Below, one piece after another: positions 56,369 through 64,000 of a stretch of DNA of 64,000 bases; position 1 is the first letter of the stretch; every line of letters begins with the position of its first letter. The DNA comes from an uncultured delta proteobacterium (GTDB taxonomy: Bacteria > Desulfobacterota > Binatia > Binatales > Binataceae). Under the pieces are notes generated by a model. It had not been told where the DNA came from. It ran no database searches and saw only the letters and a program-made list of their open reading frames with translations. The position numbers were made by a program, and so were the translations under genes. The DNA lies in assembly GCA_963711565.1 (NCBI GenBank), contig CAVQEQ010000003.1:672001-736000 (forward strand). Direction: 5' to 3'.

Positions 56369-57448
56369 TCATTCCGAATGTTCGGCAAGAGTCTCACGCG
56401 CGAGCTGACGAATGAATTCGGAGTCGTCGCTAGACGCAAGTTGCTGAAGCATGGCGATTGACGATTTATCAGCCATCTCGCCCAGAGCCTCTACAGCAGC
56501 CTCTCGAATACTGCGGTTCGAATCTTTCACGAATTGGCTGATCAGTGCTCCCTTATGCAACTTTCCTAGCGATCTGACTACACAGTACCAGTACTCGTCC
56601 GTTCGGTGCCGGTCGTACGACCGCGAAGTGAGCGCTTCTGTTGCCAATTGGTCCACCAACTCCCCAGTCTCAACGAGCAAATCGACGGCTTCATCTAACC
56701 GTTCAGAAGCTGGGAAAGTGAATATCGTATCGAGAGCATCCTCAAGCGACTGCCGCGGGAACCTGCTGGACCGAATTTCCCGCGCGACTATTTCACGAAC
56801 GATCTTACGGCGCCGATCGTGGTAGTTTCGAAGGCTGGAAGCGAAGGCGCGAATATCCAGACTAGCGTCGTCACTCGGAGCAAAAGCGGCAACCCCAGTT
56901 CCAAGAAATTCGCTGAAGCTCGGAAGAGGGATCGCGACCGATCTTTGAAGTCCCAACGCCGACAAGAACCCCATTCCAAACTTGCCGATCATAGTGCCGT
57001 ATGCCAGACGATTTTGCTGGCACTGGTAGCATTGAGCTTCAAGATACGCATCGAAAATATAGACCGGTTCCTCTTGAGCATACTTGTTTGTCGCGGCACC
57101 CCAATATCTTTCAAACGGCTCTTTTTCGACGGCCGCAAACGCAACTGTTTCGCGCCGTGTGAAGGGAACTACGAAGGCAACCGCGTTAAGCTTCGCAGTC
57201 GCTTCGCAGAGTCCGAGAAGAAACGCGCTCCCAAGTTTCCCTTCGGATGCAAGGGAGGAAGCGAGTTGCACGGCAGTATAAGCATGGGGCCCGATTGTTC
57301 CCTGAGAACCAACATCCAAATAGAGCGCAAGATGAGGTGGTGCGGTCGAGGAATCCGCGAAATCAAGAAGCACTACCGAATCGCGATCTGAAAACCGTGA
57401 CGGCAAACGAAGAGCGTCGTCCTTTTGCGAAATCCTTTGTTGAGTCAT
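56369..57448 (-). CDS. Hypothetical protein with C-terminal HEAT repeats
   Basis: DSNRSIREAAVEALGEM...DDSEFIRQLARETL; ATGA overlap with the upstream gene. Confidence 0.7.
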   Translation of the reverse strand: MTQQRISQKDDALRLPSRFSDRDSVVLLDFADSSTAPPHLALYLDVGSQGTIGPHAYTAVQLASSLASEGKLGSAFLLGLCEATAKLNAVAFVVPFTRRETVAFAAVEKEPFERYWGAATNKYAQEEPVYIFDAYLEAQCYQCQQNRLAYGTMIGKFGMGFLSALGLQRSVAIPLPSFSEFLGTGVAAFAPSDDASLDIRAFASSLRNYHDRRRKIVREIVAREIRSSRFPRQSLEDALDTIFTFPASERLDEAVDLLVETGELVDQLATEALTSRSYDRHRTDEYWYCVVRSLGKLHKGALISQFVKDSNRSIREAAVEALGEMADKSSIAMLQQLASSDDSEFIRQLARETLAEHSE

Positions 57449-58194
57449 TTGATGTCGCCCTTCTGACTGATTTCCAGCGCCATCGAAACCAACTCTGAAA
57501 AAGCTTTGCTGACCGGTATCGGCAATTCAGACTCGGCACCTGGCTTAGTATTTACGTCCAAGTCCAGACGCGCTCCCCATCCAACGTCAACTGGAACAAC
57601 CTGCGGCCGCGAACCGCCAAGATCTATCTGAATTTGCACGGTTTGAAACTTAACGACTGACCACCGAGAAATCCGATTGACGATAATGTTTCCATGTGTG
57701 GATTGCCGCGGCCTGTTTATTGCGTAAAAGAAATCCTCTGCGTCTTCGAAGTCTAAAGTCCTCAAAAATCCGAGATAGCGCGCGAGATCACGATAACCAT
57801 CAGTTCGCGTTTTCACGGGACGAACCAAAACGAGCCCAGTCGCTAGCCGTCCAAGAGTCGGACATTGAGGAAGCCAGCGTTCGATCACTCCCCGGAAAGC
57901 AGGCACAACGGTATCGAGAGCACCGATGCTGCGGATCTCATTGGCCGGAACGTCGGGAGGCCCGTAGGTCCAATCAAATCTTCCTGGAGAGATTGCGAGC
58001 GTCAGCTTCCCGCTCTCAACGACACCCTGTTCGACGTGCTGACCAACAGGAGGTCGCGAGGTACTAGATTCGGCCGGAGTTTGAGCCGCTTGAGCGAACC
58101 AATTCTTTGTATCGGGAGTGGCACCGGCTGGTACGAATCCGGTAAACCTGCAACTCTCCACGAGCCAAGGCGCGACCGGCGTGACGTCTGTCAT
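57445..58194 (-). CDS. TIGR04255-like hypothetical protein
   Basis: PGRFDW, RLATG, INRPR, LDLDVNT pattern; about 250 aa; start uncertain (alternative 58287). Confidence 0.55.
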   Translation of the reverse strand: MTDVTPVAPWLVESCRFTGFVPAGATPDTKNWFAQAAQTPAESSTSRPPVGQHVEQGVVESGKLTLAISPGRFDWTYGPPDVPANEIRSIGALDTVVPAFRGVIERWLPQCPTLGRLATGLVLVRPVKTRTDGYRDLARYLGFLRTLDFEDAEDFFYAINRPRQSTHGNIIVNRISRWSVVKFQTVQIQIDLGGSRPQVVPVDVGWGARLDLDVNTKPGAESELPIPVSKAFSELVSMALEISQKGDIK

Positions 58195-58276
58195 CTTCGA
58201 TTCTTCCAATATTTCATGCGGGCGCCGCAGGTGGGGTCTCGGACCGTGCCTCCAGCAATGATTGCCGGATATGTTT

Positions 58277-58305
58277 AATATAGCCACGTGTCAGCGTCTA
58301 GCCAA
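58277..58305 (-). promoter_or_regulatory. Putative sigma70 promoter of the three-gene island
   Basis: TTGGCT-17 bp-TATATT in an AT-rich intergenic stretch. Confidence 0.5.
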
Positions 58306-58386
58306 TGCCATTGGCAGCCTATTCTATTGCTGGTCATTTTTTCACAAACTTGTTTAGCTATTTGACTCTATGACTGCCCTACATCG

Positions 58387-60756
58387 CTACCCGTGATCGG
58401 CAGAAGTTTCCTGCTCGCCGCCAATCGCGATCGTCTTTCTCACCAGCGTCGTCGAATCGAAAAATAGAAACGGCGTCGGCATCGTATCGGCCGGCCGCGG
58501 CTTGATCGCGAGTTCCGGCGTATCCGGCAAGCCGTTGGTCTGATCGATGACAGTCACGATGAACGGCGCGGGCGTCGCGAGCTTGAGCGTCAGCTCGAAT
58601 CCTCCCGCCGGCGCGTGCCAGTACCATCCGCTCCATCCGTCGGTGACGCGATCGCCCGGCGACATCCCGTCAATCGAGCAGCCGAGCACTGTGACGCCAA
58701 TCGGCACCGACATCCACACGATCGGCGCTTTGCGCGTCGACGCGATATGCATCTTGACCGTGCGCGTGCCGGCGACCGTCGAGTCGTCGAGAACCTTGAG
58801 CTCGGGCGGCGGCGCGTTGATGAGCGGGGCGTCGCCCTCGGTCGTGCGGCCGTGATTCAGATATGCGAAGTCGCGCGAGATGTTCGCGAGGTCACTGTCG
58901 GGCGTATCTCGAGTCGCGAGACCGGCGAGCTTCGGCAGCCATCCGCCGCGCACGTGATGCTGGAAAAATTGCGAGGTGAACCGGTCGGGCCGCGAATCCA
59001 GGCTGACCCATCGGGCACGCGCGCGGTCGGTGTCCTGAAAATAGAAGATACTGTCGGGATGCGGTTGAGATGCATCGAAATTGCCGGCGGCGTTGCCTTT
59101 GACGATCATCACGAGCGCGAGCACTCCGAGCACGCCAGGCACGATCCAGCGCCGTCCGGCGGTTAGAAAATCGATGTACGGGATGAACAAGCCGAAGAGC
59201 AGGACGGTGGTCAGCGCGCAAAAAATGAGGAAGAGGATCGTGCCGTCGGCGCGCGCAGCGAATGAGGGCGCAAGCATCACAGTTGCCGGCGCTATCGCGA
59301 TCAGTGCGGGAATCGCGAAGCGTCTATCGTTCGCATGCGGCCGGTAGCTCATCGCGATCGCCGCGAACTGCAGCGGCCAAGTGAAAATATAGCTGCCGCC
59401 GGGCATCGCGAAGCTCGCGGCGATCATCATGACAGTCCACACGAGGAGTGCGCCCGCGCCCAGGTTTTGCAGACGGAAGCTGCGGCCGATCAACTCGTAC
59501 GCCACCCACAACGTGCCGAAAATCAGAGCGTCCGCCGCGACCGAAAAGTAGAAGCCGCCGTACGTCGTGTGGACCGGCAGCATCCGCCAGCCCGCGAGCG
59601 CCGCCATCATCCACCACACTCCGCGCGCCTCGGCGACCGCGACCACGATTGCGATCGCATAGATCGCAAATCCAGATGCGACACCGCCGATGCTGAAGCG
59701 TCCGTCGCGGATTCCAATCCAAATGATGCCGAGAACCAGGATCGCCACGAGGATCGCCAGCGGAATCGCGAGCCACGCGGAGTAATGAACCAATTCTCCG
59801 ACGACAACGAAGAAAACAGTGTCGTGGGTTTGCGGCGCGTTCAGATCGATCGAGCCGAACTGCCGCGCCATCGACAGGGCGTACGATCCTTGATGCTGCA
59901 GCGTGAGCTGGTCGAGCAGGTCGGCGCTGTCGAGCGCGGTGTGATAGCGCGTGATGCCGCCGGCCGCCGCGAAGTTCATCCCCGCCGGTCCGGCGTCGAG
60001 AAAAACCGTCAGGTCGGTGTCGTTGGGCATCCGCTTGTAGACGGTTTCAGCCCCCGAGCTAGCGTGAGGAAATGGCGCCGCGGCCGCTAGCTGATCGATC
60101 AGCCACGAATCGTGCGCGCTGGTCTGGAACATCATCGACGGTCCGTAGTCGCCGCGCATCTCGAAGTTCAGCACGACTTTGATCTTGTCGAGCGCCGGGT
60201 AGGTTTCAACGAAACCCTGCGCGCCAAGCATTCCGAGCTCCTCGCCGTCGGTGAACAACACGATCAGATCGTTGCTGAGCGCGGGTCCGGCCTTGAGCGC
60301 ACGCATCGCCTCGAGAATCGCGGCGACAGACGCGGCGTCGTCGCCTGCCCCCGGTCCGCTTGGCACCGAGTCGTAATGCGCGACGATCATAAGCGCGCCC
60401 GTTGGATGCGAACCGGGAATCTTCGCGACCAGGTTGTTCACTTCCGCCCACGTATCGGGCCCGAATGGAGTGTGTCGCGCGACAATCGTGGTCTGCACCT
60501 CGGGATTCGCGCCGAGCTCACGCAAGCGCCCGGCCAGGTACTCGCGCACTCGATCGTTTTCGGCTGAGCCGAGCGGATGTGGCTTCTTCGCGATTTCGCG
60601 CACGTCGCGCATCGCGCGCGCCGCGGAGAATTCCATCGCGGGCGCGTTCTCGTCAGCGGCGGGTGGAGGCTCGATACTGTGGATCGCGAATAGTCCGAGC
60701 AGGATCAACAGCGCGAACGCGATTGGCCCGGCGAGATGGCGCGATTCGCCGGTCAA
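58387..60756 (-). CDS. Membrane-bound M28 family metallopeptidase
   Basis: AHYDSV..GPGAGDD, FTDGEELG, NFEMRG, PNDTD, YHTALD followed by a multi-TM region. Confidence 0.9.
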   Translation of the reverse strand: MTGESRHLAGPIAFALLILLGLFAIHSIEPPPAADENAPAMEFSAARAMRDVREIAKKPHPLGSAENDRVREYLAGRLRELGANPEVQTTIVARHTPFGPDTWAEVNNLVAKIPGSHPTGALMIVAHYDSVPSGPGAGDDAASVAAILEAMRALKAGPALSNDLIVLFTDGEELGMLGAQGFVETYPALDKIKVVLNFEMRGDYGPSMMFQTSAHDSWLIDQLAAAAPFPHASSGAETVYKRMPNDTDLTVFLDAGPAGMNFAAAGGITRYHTALDSADLLDQLTLQHQGSYALSMARQFGSIDLNAPQTHDTVFFVVVGELVHYSAWLAIPLAILVAILVLGIIWIGIRDGRFSIGGVASGFAIYAIAIVVAVAEARGVWWMMAALAGWRMLPVHTTYGGFYFSVAADALIFGTLWVAYELIGRSFRLQNLGAGALLVWTVMMIAASFAMPGGSYIFTWPLQFAAIAMSYRPHANDRRFAIPALIAIAPATVMLAPSFAARADGTILFLIFCALTTVLLFGLFIPYIDFLTAGRRWIVPGVLGVLALVMIVKGNAAGNFDASQPHPDSIFYFQDTDRARARWVSLDSRPDRFTSQFFQHHVRGGWLPKLAGLATRDTPDSDLANISRDFAYLNHGRTTEGDAPLINAPPPELKVLDDSTVAGTRTVKMHIASTRKAPIVWMSVPIGVTVLGCSIDGMSPGDRVTDGWSGWYWHAPAGGFELTLKLATPAPFIVTVIDQTNGLPDTPELAIKPRPADTMPTPFLFFDSTTLVRKTIAIGGEQETSADHG

Positions 60757-60898
60757 CTGGGGAGTTCCTTCGCCATCTCAATGCCATTTATACGCGGATG
60801 CCGACGCCGCGAACAATTGCGCGCACGCTCTTTGCGGCACCGGTCCGCGTCGTTATCATCGAGCGTTGGAGCAGAAGCCGGCCTCGACGATTCTCAAA

Positions 60899-61978
60899 AT
60901 GTCCTCTCCCGAAGCTATCGCCCCGCAAATCTCGCCGCCGCCGCATCGTGTGTTGATCGTGTTGCTCGGCGCAATCGGCGACGTGGTGCGCGCGCTGCCG
61001 TTGCTCGGGCGTATTCGCAACGCATGGCCCGACTCGCATATCGCGTGGGCGGTCGAACCCAAGTCGAAGGCTGTGCTCGAACACCATCGATGGCTCGATG
61101 AGATCATCGTGTACGATCGCGCGCACGCGCCGTGGACGTTCATTCCGTTCCTGCGAAGAGTTCGCAAAGGGCACTTCGACCTGGTCATCGATCTTCAGCG
61201 TCACCTCAAGAGCGGTCTCACCTCGCGAATCTCGGGCGCGCGCGATCGTTTCGGCTTCGCCGCGGCGAACACCAAGGAGTTCAACCATCGGTTTTCGAAT
61301 CATCACATCGCGCCGCAACCGAACATGCGGCTGAAGCTACTTCAGTACCAGGCGTTCGGCGATGCGCTCGGAATCCCGCCGGCGCCGATCGAATTCGGAC
61401 TCGCCGCGACCGACGACGAACGCGCCCGCGCGCTCGCAATGCTGCGCGACGCGCCGCGTCCGATCCTTGCCGTGATTCTTGGCTCGTCGTGGCCGAGCCG
61501 CATCTATTTTCCCGAATCGACGGCCGCGGTGATTCGCGGGGTCGCGCGCGCCGACGACGACAATCCCGCGTTGTTTCCCGTGTTGCTCGGCGGTCCCGAC
61601 GAAACGAAACTGGCCGACGGAGTCATGCGTCATCTCGACGGCGTGCCGGCGCTCAACCTGGCTGGGCGCACCTCGCTGCGCGATCTGATCGCGATCTTTC
61701 CCGAATGCGCCGTCGCCTTCGGACCCGACTCCGGCCCGATGCATATCGCGGCCGCGGTGGGATGCCCGGTGGTGTCGTTGTGGGGCGCCACCGCTGCGGA
61801 GCGGTCCGCGCCGTGGGGCTTTGCCGAGCTCGCGATCAGCGGCGCGATCCCGTGCCATCCCTGCTATCTTCGACAATGCCCGATCGGGCGCGAATGCATG
61901 CGGCGAATATCCCCCGAAGAAGTCGAAGTGACCGTGCGGCGCGCGCTGGCGATGCACCGAGTTGGAGCGGCGCGATGA
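60899..61978 (+). CDS. GT9 LPS heptosyltransferase (WaaC/WaaF-like)
   Basis: LGAIGDVV..LP, FDLVIDLQ, LAGRTSL, DSGPMHIAAAVG, CHPC..CP...CM. Confidence 0.9.
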   Translation: MSSPEAIAPQISPPPHRVLIVLLGAIGDVVRALPLLGRIRNAWPDSHIAWAVEPKSKAVLEHHRWLDEIIVYDRAHAPWTFIPFLRRVRKGHFDLVIDLQRHLKSGLTSRISGARDRFGFAAANTKEFNHRFSNHHIAPQPNMRLKLLQYQAFGDALGIPPAPIEFGLAATDDERARALAMLRDAPRPILAVILGSSWPSRIYFPESTAAVIRGVARADDDNPALFPVLLGGPDETKLADGVMRHLDGVPALNLAGRTSLRDLIAIFPECAVAFGPDSGPMHIAAAVGCPVVSLWGATAAERSAPWGFAELAISGAIPCHPCYLRQCPIGRECMRRISPEEVEVTVRRALAMHRVGAAR

Positions 61979-62841
61979 GCTGGTGGATGGCGGGCTTTGA
62001 CGGGGTGCCGTTGACGCGCGGCGGGTGGACCTTCTTTTTGCCGGACTACGACGCGCGATATTCCGAGGAGCTTCGCGAGCGCCTGATCGATTCAGCATTC
62101 GCTGCGATCGACGGCACGCTGGCGACTCGAGTGCGGCGTTCGCGGCACGCCGAAACGTGGGTCGAGCATTTCGATCAGGTCGGCGGTCCGGCCGCATATT
62201 TCAAGGTGCTCGACCCGATTCGCGGGCTGAATCGCGTCGCGAGGATATTCAAGCGCAGGCGTGCGGCGCACGTTGCGTCGATCTCGGAGCATCTGCGGGC
62301 CGACGCGGTGGGAGTGCCGGAAATTCTGCTGCTCGGCGCCGAGCGCCGCGGCGGCCGCGAGATTATCGTGACGGCGCGCGTCGAGGGATTCAGCATTGCG
62401 CGTCATTTGCGGCGTGCGAAGCTGGCGTCGAGGCGGGTGGTGCTGCGCGCGCTGGGCGCGGAGGTCGCGCGGCTGCATCGCGCCGGATACATCCACGGCG
62501 ACCTGTCGCCGTTTAACGTCTTCGTCACCGCACTCGAACCGCCGCAATTCGTTTTCATCGATCACGAACGCACGCGACGGACGGTCATGAGCCGCTTCGC
62601 GCGACCGCGGATGCGCAACCTCGTGCAGCTCGGTCATCTCGAACTCTTTGACGTCACGAATACGGATCGGATGCGCGTATGGTGCGGCTATGCGGCGGCG
62701 TTTTCGGCGCGACGCCGGCGGGCGGAACGACGCCGCGTCGCCGCGATGCTGCGCGAAAGAATCGCGAAAGACCGCAAAGGTGGAGTCGCCGGTCGTGTCG
62801 CCGCCTCTCTCGGGCCGCGCCGGGAAGCAAAAGGTAGCTGA
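61975..62841 (+). CDS. LPS kinase (Kdo/WaaP/InaA family)
   Basis: YFK, LHRAGYIHGDLSPFNVFV, FIDHE, NLVQL; ATGA overlap. Confidence 0.82.
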   Translation: MSWWMAGFDGVPLTRGGWTFFLPDYDARYSEELRERLIDSAFAAIDGTLATRVRRSRHAETWVEHFDQVGGPAAYFKVLDPIRGLNRVARIFKRRRAAHVASISEHLRADAVGVPEILLLGAERRGGREIIVTARVEGFSIARHLRRAKLASRRVVLRALGAEVARLHRAGYIHGDLSPFNVFVTALEPPQFVFIDHERTRRTVMSRFARPRMRNLVQLGHLELFDVTNTDRMRVWCGYAAAFSARRRRAERRRVAAMLRERIAKDRKGGVAGRVAASLGPRREAKGS

Positions 62842-63533
62842 TGGCGGAGCGGACAAAAATTTCGGTGGTGATTCCCGTGTATAACGAAGTCGCGACGATC
62901 GGCCGCGTGATAGAGCGCGTGCTGGATTGCGGCTTCGACCCCGAGGTCATCGTCGTCGATGACGCTTCGAGCGACGGCACCGCGAAATTTCTGCGCGAGT
63001 TCAGCCATCCGCAGGTTCGCTGTTTTTTTCACAGCGTCAATCGCGGCAAAGGCGCGGCGCTGCGGCTTGGCTTTGCGGCGGCGAAAAATCCCTATGTGTT
63101 CGTCCAGGATGCCGACCTCGAATACGATCCGCGGGACTACGCGGCGATGATCGGGCCGATGCTCGACGGCCGCGCCGACATGGTGTACGGTTCGCGCTTT
63201 CTCTCGGGGCCGCATCGCGTCATGTTCTTCTGGCATTACGTGGCGAACCGCGCGGTGACGCTGCTGTCCGACATGATCAGCGATCTGAATCTGACCGACA
63301 TGGAAACGGGGATGAAGGGTTTCGTCCGCGAGAAGCTGATGACGCTCAAGCTCAGCGCCAATCGCTTCACCTTCGAGCCCGAGATAACCGCGAAAGCGGC
63401 GCGCGCACGATGGCGAATCTACGAAGTGCCGGTGTCGTACTCGGGACGGACGTACGAAGAGGGCAAGAAGATCGGAATGCGCGATGCGCTGACGGCGGTG
63501 TGCGCAATCCTGTATTACAGATTTTTCGATTGA
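62841..63533 (+). CDS. GT2 glycosyltransferase (DPM1-like)
   Basis: SVVIPVYNE, VDDASSDGT, NRGKGAA, QDADLEYDP, GSRF. Confidence 0.93.
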   Translation: MAERTKISVVIPVYNEVATIGRVIERVLDCGFDPEVIVVDDASSDGTAKFLREFSHPQVRCFFHSVNRGKGAALRLGFAAAKNPYVFVQDADLEYDPRDYAAMIGPMLDGRADMVYGSRFLSGPHRVMFFWHYVANRAVTLLSDMISDLNLTDMETGMKGFVREKLMTLKLSANRFTFEPEITAKAARARWRIYEVPVSYSGRTYEEGKKIGMRDALTAVCAILYYRFFD

Positions 63534-63550
63534 TGCGACCGAACCGTGAT

Positions 63551-64000
63551 ATGACGCAGACAGTTCAACAGGACGACGCCAACCAAGTGAATCCCGACGC
63601 ACACAAGGCTGAAGCTCAGGCGCTGAGCGTCGTGGGGGTCGATCCCGAGCTCGGCTTCGGCGGTGGCGAGACGCAGGTGCTCGGGCTGACGCTCGCGCTG
63701 GTGGCCGGCGGGCAGCGTGCGGAACTGATTTGCGATCCGGCGGGACGGCTCTGGGAGCAAGCGGCCGCTACCGGCATAAAATGTCACCCTATTCGCATCC
63801 GCAACGCGATCGACCTGGCGGCCGGCGTCAAGCTGCGCGCGATCCTCAAACGCGAACGTTACGAGGTCGTTCATTTTCATACTTCGCGCGCGCATTCGAT
63901 GGCGCCGTTTGCGCGAGGCTTTGGCAGTACGCTGGTCGTTACGCGGCGGATGGACTACCGGCCTAATCGCGTCTTTGCGCCGTATCTGTACAATCGCGCG
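63551..64000 (+). CDS. GT4 glycosyltransferase, N-terminal part (runs off window)
   Basis: Manual translation: ...GFGGGETQV...YEVVHFHTSRAH...VVTRRMD; alternative start 63533. Confidence 0.85.
   Translation, partial: MTQTVQQDDANQVNPDAHKAEAQALSVVGVDPELGFGGGETQVLGLTLALVAGGQRAELICDPAGRLWEQAAATGIKCHPIRIRNAIDLAAGVKLRAILKRERYEVVHFHTSRAHSMAPFARGFGSTLVVTRRMDYRPNRVFAPYLYNRA

Overview
High-GC bacterial chromosomal window. Gene content and protein style suggest a deltaproteobacteria-like lineage, probably Candidatus Binatota/Binataceae (inference, not tested). 1-13.4 kb is the core translation/transcription cluster on the minus strand: tRNA-Thr-Tyr-Gly-Thr, rpmG, tRNA-Trp, secE, nusG, rplKAJL, rpoBC, rpsL, start of rpsG. 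The tuf gene normally found there is missing. The rest mixes housekeeping genes (rlmB, lptFG, moaA, lpxL, amgK-murU, nuoA-C-D, LPS core enzymes), a quinol-type NO reductase and several accessory blocks. Four observations stand out. (1) A two-gene locus (38.2-40.9 kb) whose membrane protein carries both PmoC/AmoC-like copper-site motifs (D-x3-H-x12-H and D-x3-H-x13-H) and whose partner has a PmoB-like layout with a mature N-terminal His; this is a candidate divergent copper membrane enzyme. (2) A lower-GC three-gene island (55.8-58.3 kb) encoding a TIGR04255-like protein, a HEAT-repeat protein and a CmdT-like ADP-ribosyltransferase; this is a candidate new toxin-antitoxin/anti-phage system. (3) Three tandem, divergent secreted collagen-like proteins with register-matched stalks, suggesting a C1q-like heterotrimer. 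(4) A recurrent CGAC->CAAC substitution pattern that breaks conserved residues and probably reflects a cytosine methylation motif or a basecalling artefact. All family calls come from motif recognition by eye; no database searches were run.
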